Source: Spirochaetota bacterium (GTDB lineage Bacteria > Spirochaetota > UBA12135 > COTS27 > CAXSBA01). Taken from it: 64,000 bases of DNA. Shown in pieces: positions 11,501 through 20,731 of the stretch. The notes under the pieces are model-generated. The model was not told the origin of the DNA. It ran no database searches and was given only the letters and a program-made list of their open reading frames with translations. The position numbers were made by a program, and so were the translations under genes. Position 1 is the stretch's first letter; each line of letters begins with the position of its first letter. The stretch is taken from the NCBI GenBank assembly GCA_965224715.1, contig OZ245054.1:160354-224353 (forward strand), given 5' to 3'.

Positions 11501-12141
11501 TAGCCTAGGGCCCGAAGAAAAACAGTAAAAGGTATTCGGTTTTTTCGATCGATACGAATATAAACCACATCTTTTAAGATTTCAAACTCAATCCAAGGTC
11601 CGCGGTCAGGTATAATTCGTGAGTGATAGAGAGAAGCCCGTTTATTATAATCAAATATTACACCAGGACTACGATGAATCTGAGATACTACTACCCTTTC
11701 ATCTCCATTGATAATAAAAGTCCCACGATCAGTCATATAAGGAAATTCAGAAATGAATATCTCCTGCTCTCGTATTTCTCCACTCTCTTTTAAACTAAGA
11801 CGAATGGTAGCTTTAACTGGAAGAACATAGCTCCTATCGTTTTCTAAAGCATCTTGGTCAGTGAAAGGCTTATCTCCCAAAGTATAATGACAGAATTCAA
11901 TAAGCACCTTTTCATCATTGGAACTGAAGGGGAAGATAGATTCAAAAAGATATTGAAGTCCCACCGACTTCCTATTTTCAGGGATTACCTTCTCTTGAAA
12001 GAATTCTTTGAAATTTTCAGTTTGAATATCCATCAATGGGGGTAATTCAAAGTTATCATTTTCGTTTATCCTAGAAACTACTACCCTCTTAGTATTGCTA
12101 ACCGGGTAATTGAAAAATACAGTATTTTTTTTAATGCTCAT
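8575..12141 (-). CDS. rpoB: DNA-directed RNA polymerase subunit beta (with Cys4 insertion)
   Basis: SQLSQFMDQTNPL, PIETPEGPNIGL, GRHGNKG, GGQRVGEMEVWA. Confidence 0.99.
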   Translation of the reverse strand: MSIKKNTVFFNYPVSNTKRVVVSRINENDNFELPPLMDIQTENFKEFFQEKVIPENRKSVGLQYLFESIFPFSSNDEKVLIEFCHYTLGDKPFTDQDALENDRSYVLPVKATIRLSLKESGEIREQEIFISEFPYMTDRGTFIINGDERVVVSQIHRSPGVIFDYNKRASLYHSRIIPDRGPWIEFEILKDVVYIRIDRKNRIPFTVFLRALGYEKNEQILSLFYEGETLTINHKKPDKDNLLERILFKDVIDHENKVIAVAGTVVQEVTLDTLAEAAINTIEVIKEEDAEKEQVILNTLSKEEKALSQTEACEFFFYTIRGNRPSNSQIALNEIIVRWQCNNEECEYIYNSFEEPKTCVQCGLSDKGFTRVDKSIFFHPDYYSLGQVGRYKINKKFSYEEDQDNLVITPRDIIFTIKHLLKVKNGEILFDDIDHLGNRRVRCVSEQLVNALKISFARVKKLAKDRMSVQEISSLTPQKVISIKPIANSLNEFFGTSQLSQFMDQTNPLSAITHKRRISALGVGGLTRERAGFEVRDIHYTHYGRICPIETPEGPNIGLIVSLATCARVNSFGFIETPYYKVENRQVTDQIDFLSAIEEERYVITPASTEVTKTGKIKDKIIPTRSRGNYSFDFSKEVSYQDVSSKQTVSVSGALIPFLKHNDANRALMGCNMMRQAIPLLKVESPIVGTGMEHIAAKESGFCQLVRNDGKVTYVDSTRVEITGKNKTVEVYHLIKSRRTNQETYFNQVSTVVEGQNVKRGDVLSNGPSIDNGELALGKNVLVAFMPWKGYNYEDAVLMSERLLKDDVYTSIHIEQLEVEARETKMGKEYITREVPNLSEDEYRELDDGGVIQEGSRVRPGNILVGKVTPKGHTEITPEYRLLYSIFGEKAKDVKDTSLRVPHGTEGVVISVKRYNRRDHGLDFKPGVIEKIKILIAKKRKLKEGDKFAGRHGNKGVVARVIPEADMPFMEDGTPVDVVLNALGVPSRMNIGQVMETILGLMGRNLDCKFSVPVFDSVNYDDLKKFFKKSGIDDDGKKVLYDGLTGEPFKKKVTVGVMYYLKLAHLADDKVHARSTGPYSLITQQPLGGKAQFGGQRVGEMEVWAIEAYGASNILQEFLTVKSDSIDGRTRVYEAIVKGDFITTPGIPESFNVLVQELRGLGINIEMFNEENKAVEIFPVRNSGKAMI

Positions 12142-12383
12142 AGATTAATTTCTCCTAGGAAAATATTGCATAAGATAAAGAATTTACAAGACACCTTGAT
12201 CCTTTATTCACATCTTTTTTAAACATATAGGAATCCTTTGAAAAAAGTAAAGAAATAAAATTATCTACCAAATCCTATAAGCTCTTACAATTAATCCAGA
12301 TATAAATAACTAGAAAATATAATTAAAACTCTCGAATTTCTCGAATTATAAGCAGCTTGTACAAGTAAACCAACTTGGACAAC

Positions 12384-12758
12384 TTATTGCAGTTCAACTA
12401 CGGCACCAGCAGCTTCCAACTTGGCTTTCATCTCTTCTGCTGCTTCTTTATTCGCCCCTTCTTTTAGGGCTTGTCCAGGTTTGTCTACGAAGTCTTTAGC
12501 CTCCTTGAGTCCGACACCTAAAATAGCTTTTACTTCTTTGATGACATTAATTTTATTGGTTCCAACTTCTTTTAAAACCACATTAAAACTACTCTTCTCA
12601 GCCTCACCTCCCCCTCCATCATCTCCACCTCCAGCTACGGCCATCATGGGAGTACCCGTTACATTAAATTTTTCTTTCAAAGCTTCAATTAATTCATTGA
12701 GCTCCAAAACTGACATGGTCTCAACTGCCTTGACTAGATCTTCTTTGGTTACTGACAT
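12384..12758 (-). CDS. rplL: 50S ribosomal protein L7/L12
   Basis: MSVLELNELI, KINVIKEVK, GLKEAKDFV, LEAAGAVVELQ. Confidence 0.98.
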   Translation of the reverse strand: MSVTKEDLVKAVETMSVLELNELIEALKEKFNVTGTPMMAVAGGGDDGGGGEAEKSSFNVVLKEVGTNKINVIKEVKAILGVGLKEAKDFVDKPGQALKEGANKEAAEEMKAKLEAAGAVVELQ

Positions 12759-12809
12759 TGTGATCTCCTAAAATAAATTTACAAATTCTAATTATATATT
12801 TTGATTTTC

Positions 12810-13292
12810 TTAACTTTCTTTTTGTTCTTTAATTTCTTCTAACACAAAAACAATATTACTGATAATCTGCTTCAGAGTAGCTACCAAAATGGAATAGAGT
12901 TCTTGCTGGTTAGGAATATTAGCATATTTACGAACCAATTCAGAATCAATAAATATTCCGTTAAAAAAACCACCCTTAATTTTAACCTTTTTATTTTTTT
13001 CTGCATTTAAGATATCTTTAGATGATGCCATAAAGACATCGGGATCTGCAATTGCTGTGGCCGTCATTTGAGTGAACATTTCATCAGAAGGCTTTAACTT
13101 TAAATTCTCCATAGCCCTTAATGTTAAGGTATTCTTAAATACCTTAATTTGTGCTGACTTAGACCGTAATTCTCCTCGAAGTTGCGTGAAGTCTTCTACA
13201 TTAATACCTTGATAGTCGATAAAAATTAACGATTTATCCTTAATCTGTTCAGTAATATTAATTATTTTTTCATTACGTTGCTTTTTGGACAT
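12810..13292 (-). CDS. rplJ: 50S ribosomal protein L10
   Basis: DYQGINV..LRGELR, VFKNTL, and position between rplA and rplL. Confidence 0.95.
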   Translation of the reverse strand: MSKKQRNEKIINITEQIKDKSLIFIDYQGINVEDFTQLRGELRSKSAQIKVFKNTLTLRAMENLKLKPSDEMFTQMTATAIADPDVFMASSKDILNAEKNKKVKIKGGFFNGIFIDSELVRKYANIPNQQELYSILVATLKQIISNIVFVLEEIKEQKES

Positions 13293-13300
13293 ATTCCCCC

Positions 13301-13978
13301 CTAAAACACAACCTTCTTATCTAATTTAACGCTTTTACTCATAGTAGATGAAATAAAAATCGATTGAATATAATCCCCTTTTAAATCTGTAGGTTTCTTC
13401 TTGAGTACCAAATTATAGAATTCTTTGGCATTTTGTAAAATTTTATTGTCCTCCATAGACTTCTTACCAACAGCAAAATTCAACACCCCTTGAGCATTGG
13501 CGCGAAATTCCTTTCTTCCTGCTTTTACTTCTTTGACCGCAGCTGCTACATCATCCACCACAGTTCGGGCTTTGGGATTGGGCATTAATCCCTTACCTCC
13601 TAAGATTCGAGCTACTTTAGTAATATCTTTCATCATACCCGGAGTGGCAATAGCCACCTCGAAATCTAACCATCCTGATTGAATTTTTTCAACCAAGTCA
13701 ACATCCCCAACATAGTCAGCTCCAGCTGCCTTAGCTTCTTCTGCCTTTTGATCCTTAGCAAATACCAATACTTTACGAGATCTTTCGAAAGGATGAGGAA
13801 AAACTATCACATCCCTAACAGTATGTTTTTTCTGCAAATTCAAGTGAATTGACATATCAATACTTTCATCGAATTTAGCAGTCGCTTGTTTCTTAACTTC
13901 AGCTAAGGCTTCTTTAAAATCACTAAGGCTTCCCTGAAAATTCTTAAGGGCTCGATATCGTTTACTCTTATTCTTCAT
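13301..13978 (-). CDS. rplA: 50S ribosomal protein L1
   Basis: AKFDESID, AGADYVG, LGGKGLMPNPK. Confidence 0.97.
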   Translation of the reverse strand: MKNKSKRYRALKNFQGSLSDFKEALAEVKKQATAKFDESIDMSIHLNLQKKHTVRDVIVFPHPFERSRKVLVFAKDQKAEEAKAAGADYVGDVDLVEKIQSGWLDFEVAIATPGMMKDITKVARILGGKGLMPNPKARTVVDDVAAAVKEVKAGRKEFRANAQGVLNFAVGKKSMEDNKILQNAKEFYNLVLKKKPTDLKGDYIQSIFISSTMSKSVKLDKKVVF

Positions 13979-13991
13979 TTTCTTGTCTCTA

Positions 13992-14417
13992 TCAGTTCTC
14001 TATTATGACTCCCATACTACGAGCAGTTCCAGCAATTATTTTTTTAGCTTGATCAATATCTAGAGCACTGAGATCCTCTAATTTTGTTTTTGCTATCTCT
14101 TTCAATTGGGCTTGGGTAAGTTTACCAACTTTATCACGATTTGGAACCGGCGATCCTTTTTCCAATTTGAGGGCCTTACGAATCAATACTGAAGCTGGAG
14201 GAGTCTTGGTAATAAAAGAATAGGAACGATCAGTATATACTGTCAATACCACTGGAAGAATATCTCCGGAACGATCCTTGGTGCGATCATTAAAATCCTT
14301 ACAAAATTCAGCGATATTTGCTCCCGTAGGACCAAGAGCAGTACCCACAGGAGGTGCTGGTGTCGCCTTTCCCGCCTCAATTTGTAACTTAATAATAGAC
14401 TTAATTTCTTTTGCCAT
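13992..14417 (-). CDS. rplK: 50S ribosomal protein L11
   Basis: [24 protein letters not shown]. Confidence 0.98.
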   Translation of the reverse strand: MAKEIKSIIKLQIEAGKATPAPPVGTALGPTGANIAEFCKDFNDRTKDRSGDILPVVLTVYTDRSYSFITKTPPASVLIRKALKLEKGSPVPNRDKVGKLTQAQLKEIAKTKLEDLSALDIDQAKKIIAGTARSMGVIIEN

Positions 14418-14447
14418 AGTTATATTTAAAAATTACCTTTTAAATTA

Positions 14448-14981
14448 TCAATGCTTTTTTACTTTATAATAGTCAATCTCAACTGGAGTTTTACGCCCAA
14501 ATATCTCTATATCAACACTAATTTTTCCCTTATCGGGATGAATTGACTTCACTACTCCAATGAAGTTATTAAAAGGGCCATCAACAATCAAAACCTTTTC
14601 TCCTGGATCAAAATCTACTTCCATCTTCTGAGTTTCTATTGCACTTTCTTCCATTTTAGAAATAATATTTTTGATCTCTCTTTCAGGAAGAGGAACTGGA
14701 AGGGCATCCTTATTAGAAAGGAATCCCGAAACATAGGGAATAGAACAAATATAGTTCTTATTTTCAAAATTCATCTGCATTTTAACACAAATATAACCAG
14801 GATAAGACTTTCTCTCCAATTTTTTTTTTTTTCCATTCTTATAAACTGTCTCTTTATAAACTGGAACAATTATATCCTCTATCCCAGTAAAACCATCATG
14901 CTTTATTTTGGACTCTATGGCTAATTTAGCATCATGTTCCTTGCCGGACTGAATGCGGAGAATATACCATCTGTATTCCAT
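14448..14981 (-). CDS. nusG: Transcription termination/antitermination factor NusG
   Basis: WYILRIQSGKE, YPGYI, KOW motif DGPFNNFIG, IFGRKTPVE. Confidence 0.96.
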   Translation of the reverse strand: MEYRWYILRIQSGKEHDAKLAIESKIKHDGFTGIEDIIVPVYKETVYKNGKKKKLERKSYPGYICVKMQMNFENKNYICSIPYVSGFLSNKDALPVPLPEREIKNIISKMEESAIETQKMEVDFDPGEKVLIVDGPFNNFIGVVKSIHPDKGKISVDIEIFGRKTPVEIDYYKVKKH

Positions 14982-15018
14982 CGTTAGCCCAGAATAATCC
15001 TTAATCTAACCCTTCACT

Positions 15019-15321
15019 TCACCTATTCAAACGGGCTTTAATTCGCGAATATAGTATAATAACCAGAAAAAATAATACAACAAAAGGGATATAAGTAAAA
15101 TCATTGACAAATTCCTTCAGTATTCCTACTTTCTCCACAACCACCAGTCTTACTAAATAATTCGATCCTAGATCAATGAAATAAAGAGCCAAAGAAACAA
15201 AAAAAATTGAAGATACAGTAACAATAGTAGAATTCAAAACCTCATCCTTGGAAGGCCAATTGGTTTTTTCCTTTAATTCAATTTTACATTCAAGAATAAA
15301 ATTCCAAAGTCTTTTAAACAT
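15019..15321 (-). CDS. secE: Preprotein translocase subunit SecE
   Basis: ELKEKTNWPSKDE motif plus a TM helix, located between tRNA-Trp and nusG. True start is ATG 15321 because the longer ORF overlaps the tRNA. Confidence 0.88.
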   Translation of the reverse strand: MFKRLWNFILECKIELKEKTNWPSKDEVLNSTIVTVSSIFFVSLALYFIDLGSNYLVRLVVVEKVGILKEFVNDFTYIPFVVLFFLVIILYSRIKARLNR

Positions 15322-15335
15322 AATCAACAAATATA

Positions 15336-15407
15336 CGAGCCAGGAAGGATTCGAACCCTCACACATGGAGTTGGAGTCCACTGCTCTACCATTGGAGCTA
15401 CTGGCTC
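15336..15407 (-). tRNA. tRNA-Trp (CCA)
   Basis: Acceptor GAGCCAG/CTGGCTC, anticodon arm GTGGA-CTCCAAC-TCCAT, T-loop GGTTCGAATCC. 3' CCA not encoded. Confidence 0.95.
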
Positions 15408-15444
15408 ACAAAAAATCATAATTCTCAAAATTCCCAAAACCGGA

Positions 15445-15517
15445 AGCCCACAAGCAGAGTTGAACTGCTGACCTCTTGCTTACCATGCAAGTGCTCTACC
15501 TACTGAGCTATGTGGGC
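15445..15517 (-). tRNA. tRNA-Thr (GGT)
   Basis: Acceptor GCCCACA/TGTGGGC, anticodon arm CTTGC-ATGGTAA-GCAAG, T-loop GTTCAAC. 3' CCA not encoded. Confidence 0.95.
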
Positions 15518-15537
15518 ATAAAATTTCTAGGATGATA

Positions 15538-15567
15538 ATTTTATCATGATTCCCCCTTTTTTGTCAA
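15538..15567 (-). promoter_or_regulatory. Putative sigma70 promoter of the tRNA-secE-nusG cluster
   Basis: TTGACA, 18-nt spacer ending in TGA, then TAAAAA, 20 nt upstream of tRNA-Thr. Confidence 0.45.
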
Positions 15568-15976
15568 AAGAAATCTGAAAAAATTGAGAAAATATCTCGG
15601 TTTTATACTTTCTTTTATCTCCCAAAACCAAGTTAAAGGTTGAAATTTTGGCATAAAAACAACTCACTTCATTGATAAATAAAAAATTATTTCTTCTTTT
15701 ATCCTAAAATTATATTTTTTATTATAAGATTTCCTACTTTTTACACTAAATTTAATCAAAAACTTCACACCGTAATCTTTAAAAGACTATAGTTTCTTTA
15801 AGAAAATAGTCTAAAATATATAAACCAAATTAAAAAGGAAGGCAATTATGTAAAATCCTTATTAAACAACTTTAATGAATTAAAGAATAAGGCCTTTATA
15901 CCCGTGAATTAGATCAAAATGAGCCAAACAAATATACATGCTAGTTTTTTAAAAAAATTCATTAAAAGGTAATTTT

Positions 15977-17179
15977 ATGGATAAGTCAAAAAGTAACTCA
16001 AGATTATTTTCAGGATATTTTTTTGCAAATCTTTTTATTTCTTTAACTTTTAGTTTATTAATCTTCTTTCTTTTTATTCGTCTTAAGTCAACTGAGAATT
16101 CTTTCACAGATTATTTTTCTAAAATTTTAACCAATTTTCAAGTTAGTTTTGAGCAAACAGTTTATACAGAGCATATCCTTAACTGGTTCAATCCTAACCT
16201 CAAAGCTGGTGAACAAGAAGAATACAGAAAATATAAATTATCGATTCTAGCCAAGACCATCAATGTCTTTTTCAAAAATATTTTAGTTGATGTTCAAAAT
16301 AATGTAGTCAATGGAGGTCTTAAGAACTTTATAGAGAATAAAAGTTCGAAAGACTTGGAAGGACTTAAAGCGGGCATTAAAAAACACCTTATAAATAATC
16401 CAGACATTAGAGAAGTTTCTACTTATGACCTAAATGGAAATAAAATTTTTGGAATTAAATTTAAGGATTCTCCCAACTATAATTTCAATCAAGAAGTCAT
16501 CAAAGAGTTGTTTCAAAACAAAAATTTACTACTTAAACGAGGTGAGGATAAAAATTTAATTCTATTATCTACCATAGAGGACAGTTCACAAAAACCCTTT
16601 TTAATCCTTTCACAATCTATCCATAAAGACTTTTTTAATCGAATCCTTAAGCATCTAGAAATTAACGATGATGTTTTCTATATTAAGGATAGTAACAACT
16701 TTGTTTTATTTGATAATTATAATATCCAAAATTCAGATAAAGTAGTTCCTTCTCAAATTTCCTATAAGATATACAACTCCTTAACTCAACCTAAAGAAAA
16801 GAATCTCAAAATTAACCTTAATAATATTTCATATTCATTGGGAACAATCGTAAAAAAAAATAATATTTGGGGCAATCTGTTTGCCTTGGGCTTTGTCCTT
16901 CTTTCTTTTCTGTTCAGTTTCTTTTGCATTGATTTCGCCTTTAACCAAGTCAGAAAAATGCTCAGCTGGAAACAAGGAAAATCTGATTCTTATATTTTAG
17001 ACAATGAACTAGAGCCTGTTCTCCAAAAACAAGAACTACCTATCAATGATTCCGTTATACCCAATATTCCAGAGTACAATAGTTCTTCTTCAAATAGATC
17101 TATATTATTAGAAAATCATGAAGAAGTCAAACCTCTTACTTTGGAACAGTATCTACTTAGAGGGAAAAAAGATTATTAA
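15977..17179 (+). CDS. Hypothetical membrane protein (TM, extracytoplasmic domain, TM)
   Basis: Two hydrophobic helices flanking a domain of about 260 aa. IREVSTYDLNG resembles Cache/PDC sensor folds (inference). Confidence 0.65.
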   Translation: MDKSKSNSRLFSGYFFANLFISLTFSLLIFFLFIRLKSTENSFTDYFSKILTNFQVSFEQTVYTEHILNWFNPNLKAGEQEEYRKYKLSILAKTINVFFKNILVDVQNNVVNGGLKNFIENKSSKDLEGLKAGIKKHLINNPDIREVSTYDLNGNKIFGIKFKDSPNYNFNQEVIKELFQNKNLLLKRGEDKNLILLSTIEDSSQKPFLILSQSIHKDFFNRILKHLEINDDVFYIKDSNNFVLFDNYNIQNSDKVVPSQISYKIYNSLTQPKEKNLKINLNNISYSLGTIVKKNNIWGNLFALGFVLLSFLFSFFCIDFAFNQVRKMLSWKQGKSDSYILDNELEPVLQKQELPINDSVIPNIPEYNSSSSNRSILLENHEEVKPLTLEQYLLRGKKDY

Positions 17180-17206
17180 TTAATATAACAACATTGGTCA
17201 AAAAAG

Positions 17207-18943
17207 ATGAAGAAGTCCTATTACAGTCTATTTTTATTCATCTCTCTTGCCCTAATTTTTTGGTATATTGTTTTTGCTAACAATATACCTCCCTTCTCTC
17301 TTTTAGAAAGATCCTATATTAATAAATTCAAACAATTAAAAAAAGAGTTCCTTCAAGAAGTTACTCAAATAGAAAAAAATATTTATGAAGACTTTTTATC
17401 TCATCCCCATAATCTATCTTTAATTAGGAATATTATAAAAGGCTCAATAAAACCCGATAGTGATATCAGTTTCACTAAAAACAAACGTCTTCTTGATTTC
17501 ATCATTATGGATGATCAGCAAAAAATTCTTTATCAAATCAAACAACAAAACAACCCATTGATTAAAAATTTTGATTTTAGCAAAAAAAATATCATTAACG
17601 AAAATACCTCAATTCTCCAAATTCCTTTTGAAGAGATAAATGCAAAAGTCACCTTATTTTTCGAATTAGATACCTCATCTTTCTTAGAGAAAACCCTCAC
17701 CTATCTCAATGAACATAAGAAAATCTCCGTTTTACGATTTCCTAATCTCCTCATTCTAGAAACCGACAAACAATCTCGTCGCCTGAATCCTACAAAACTA
17801 AACAAAATAATTAAAGATGAACTTAAAAAATGCCAAACTATAAAACGTATTTGTAATATTTATATTTCAGTTTTACAAAAGAGATTATTGATAGATAGAG
17901 GAGATTTCTTCAATTTCTCAATTGGTTTTCTTTATCCCAGTAATTTATTTGATATTCCATCACTGAGCATTGTCGTTTTTATTATACTTTTTTTCCTCAT
18001 CATCTTTTCTATCTGCATTATTTTAATTAAACCACAAAAAAAGAAACCCATTTCAACAATGGCATCTTTGCCCAGCCCCACTAACACTCACCAGTGGATG
18101 AAAGAAATTGATTTTAATGTTGATGATTATCAAAATCAAAAAGATAACTTAATTCATGAAGAAATTGATTCAAGTCACAAAATAGATCCAGATAAAATTC
18201 CTGATTTCGAAGAAGAGGATATTCCTTCAGAAAAAGAAGACAGCGATGAAGGTATCCCTGTAGTTAATGATGAAACCTATTCGCAAGCCGTCCATCATTC
18301 TAATAATAAAGAAATTACGGAGCTTCACCAAGAAATCAATCGAGATATTGAGAGTGAAAAAGAAACTTTAGTCTCAAACGAAGTCGATGATAATAAAAGC
18401 GATCATGACTTAATAGATATTCCTGAAATTATTGATGAAACTATCCCCAAAATTTCCAATAATCTTAGTGATAAAAAACTGGATAACATTCTTGATAAAG
18501 AGGATCAAGGTAAAGAAAATAAAGATAACGAGACTCAAGAAACTATATCTTCATCTCAAATTAAGAATAAATATCATGACTTCAGTTTTAATATAGTCAA
18601 ATCATTTTTTCCTCAATTAAAAATCAGTGAGGCAGAAAATTTGCTAAAAGAATTTCCCCATGCCAATTCCCTACTCCTACTAAAACTAGAAAATAATGTT
18701 TATAAGTGTAAAGAGGGGCTTTTCAGTAATCCAGAAACTATCAGCCAATGTAAAATTGCTGAAGATAGCCATATCATTACCCAATATCTTAAACATAAGA
18801 AGGGTATCTTAATCCAGAATAATAAAAAAAATCTTTCACTAATTAAACCTTGGTTTTCAAAAAAAGATATAGAAAAAATTAATCTAGTATTTATCTTTCC
18901 ATTAAACCATAAAAATCAAGATTATATCTTTATCCTTTATTAA
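17207..18943 (+). CDS. Hypothetical membrane protein with acidic linker and possible GAF-like C-terminal domain
   Basis: N-terminal and central TM helices, a D/E-rich low-complexity stretch, and a C-terminal alpha/beta segment (VFIFPL). Confidence 0.65.
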   Translation: MKKSYYSLFLFISLALIFWYIVFANNIPPFSLLERSYINKFKQLKKEFLQEVTQIEKNIYEDFLSHPHNLSLIRNIIKGSIKPDSDISFTKNKRLLDFIIMDDQQKILYQIKQQNNPLIKNFDFSKKNIINENTSILQIPFEEINAKVTLFFELDTSSFLEKTLTYLNEHKKISVLRFPNLLILETDKQSRRLNPTKLNKIIKDELKKCQTIKRICNIYISVLQKRLLIDRGDFFNFSIGFLYPSNLFDIPSLSIVVFIILFFLIIFSICIILIKPQKKKPISTMASLPSPTNTHQWMKEIDFNVDDYQNQKDNLIHEEIDSSHKIDPDKIPDFEEEDIPSEKEDSDEGIPVVNDETYSQAVHHSNNKEITELHQEINRDIESEKETLVSNEVDDNKSDHDLIDIPEIIDETIPKISNNLSDKKLDNILDKEDQGKENKDNETQETISSSQIKNKYHDFSFNIVKSFFPQLKISEAENLLKEFPHANSLLLLKLENNVYKCKEGLFSNPETISQCKIAEDSHIITQYLKHKKGILIQNNKKNLSLIKPWFSKKDIEKINLVFIFPLNHKNQDYIFILY

Positions 18944-19027
18944 TTATCCTTAAATCTAGGTTGATTAGATTTTATATTCTCCTAACAACACTAAACTTAC
19001 CTATAGAGTTTCCTAAACTGTTTTATT

Positions 19028-19549
19028 TTAATCGTGAAGAGGAGACATTCTAAGAAAACCTGATATCAAAAGAATTCGATCTTGTGATTCCATATCTCTC
19101 ATTTGAATAAGAAGCTCCTCTAGAACAATATCTTTATTGGTAATAAAAATTGCTTCGAATTCTTTAAAAAGCATTCGAAATTTTTTTTCATCGTAATCTT
19201 CCTTATAAGATTCTTTTATTAAATTCTGCTGAATTTGATAGATACGATCAAAGTTATCTCGTAACTCCTGTTTAGCAAAGACCCGCCGAGCAAAAAGTCG
19301 GGCTAACCTACGTTCTTCGTAATGAAAACCCATACCAAATTTTTCACGAATATCTTCTCTAAATTGATGAGGATTCCCTCTCTCTCCATTCTTTCTAAAA
19401 AAACCATGAGAATAACTGTGTGAACTCCCAAAAGAATATTCTTTTCCTCTATAATACATCAATTCAATTAGTAAGCATACTAATAGTACAATAAACACCG
19501 TATTAAGTGCAATGGAGGTTATAATAACAACTTTCTTAAAATTACTCAT
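19028..19549 (-). CDS. Periplasmic heavy-metal sensor / Spy-CpxP-like helical protein
   Basis: SIALNTVFI membrane anchor typical of the Metal_resist family, a helical body, and last position in the ECF operon. Confidence 0.6.
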   Translation of the reverse strand: MSNFKKVVIITSIALNTVFIVLLVCLLIELMYYRGKEYSFGSSHSYSHGFFRKNGERGNPHQFREDIREKFGMGFHYEERRLARLFARRVFAKQELRDNFDRIYQIQQNLIKESYKEDYDEKKFRMLFKEFEAIFITNKDIVLEELLIQMRDMESQDRILLISGFLRMSPLHD

Positions 19550-19624
19550 TTAGCAATCATAATTCCAAAGTATTCCCAAAACCACTAAGAGAAATAAAAT
19601 ATAGTTATTTAGTATCGTTTCATT

Positions 19625-20020
19625 TTACTCTTCAATCCAAAATCTTCCCATCATGATAGAATTTAAGCTATCTTCCCATGCAACATTAATATTGCTTTCA
19701 AGTGAAGTTTGATTAAAAATTTGTTCTTCTGGGTTAATCATCTCGATTTTGTTAAACGAAGAAAAAAGCAAATTCCAAGCCAATACAGTTGCTAAGATAA
19801 TTCCACCAAGAGTAAGACCCAAAGATAAACTCCGGCGAGAACGTGGGAATAATTCATCAAAGAAAAGTTTCCACATCTTTCCCCAGGTAAGATGTTTATG
19901 AAGTGCGGGATTGGAGTTGACTACTTTTTCAAATAGTTTCCGATCAATAGAATAATGAGATTTGGAAAGCATTTCTTCTGTCTTTTCGATCGATAAAGTT
20001 TCTTTCTTTTTTTGACTCAT
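19625..20020 (-). CDS. Putative single-TM anti-sigma factor
   Basis: Directly follows and overlaps the ECF sigma gene and has one central TM helix. Start placed at ATG 20020. Confidence 0.6.
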   Translation of the reverse strand: MSQKKKETLSIEKTEEMLSKSHYSIDRKLFEKVVNSNPALHKHLTWGKMWKLFFDELFPRSRRSLSLGLTLGGIILATVLAWNLLFSSFNKIEMINPEEQIFNQTSLESNINVAWEDSLNSIMMGRFWIEE

Positions 20021-20576
20021 CGCTTTTCCCTTCAATATCCATCCCTTCCAAAATATTTTTGAGCTTTTTTCGAGCTCGTCTTAATAAAGATTCAAAAGCA
20101 TCCTCTTTCAAAGTCATAATCGCCGCAGCCTCTTGAATCTTTTTCTCTTCAAAATAATAAATAGTGAGCGCTAATCTATGCTTGACTGACAACTTACTCA
20201 TTGCCTCCTCTAATTCCTCAATTCCTTCAGGTAAAAAGCTAACTTCTTCTCCATCGTATATCATAAATTCTTTGAGTTCATAAGTTAGATGACGCTTTTT
20301 TGAACGGAGCAAATCAATAGATGCATTATAAGTGACCCGATAGAGCCAGGTGGAAATACGAGCTCGGGCATCCCAACTCTTTGCCTGTTTGAATAGTTTA
20401 AGAAAAGTTTCCTGGGCAATCTCTTCGGCATCGTGACAATTTCCCACTATCCGGAAGGCTAAGGTTAGCACATAACCCAAATAGTCAGCAGCTAGCTTTC
20501 GGGTAGCGGGCTCACTCCCTTTCGCTACCCGAAGCATTAATTCTTTTTCAACTTCTAAGTCGGGCCTGGATATCAT
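19944..20576 (-). CDS. ECF RNA polymerase sigma factor
   Basis: DAEEIAQETFLKL, STWLYRVTYNASIDLLR (region 2), ESLLRRARKKLK (region 4). Confidence 0.93.
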   Translation of the reverse strand: MISRPDLEVEKELMLRVAKGSEPATRKLAADYLGYVLTLAFRIVGNCHDAEEIAQETFLKLFKQAKSWDARARISTWLYRVTYNASIDLLRSKKRHLTYELKEFMIYDGEEVSFLPEGIEELEEAMSKLSVKHRLALTIYYFEEKKIQEAAAIMTLKEDAFESLLRRARKKLKNILEGMDIEGKSDESKKERNFIDRKDRRNAFQISLFY

Positions 20577-20731
20577 GGTTAGTTATTATAACATCAATCA
20601 TATTTAAAGTCATTAATAGTAAAAAAAAGAGTTCTTGATTTAGATTGCTATCTAAACATATCCTGTTCCTATAAGACCAATTAAATATAGTTTCTTTTTG
20701 AAATTTTCTTGCGACAGATACCTCTGCTGGA

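Noticed and set aside
15322-15381. N-terminal extension of SecE in the ORF track
   Set aside because: It overlaps tRNA-Trp. ATG 15321 is the sensible start.
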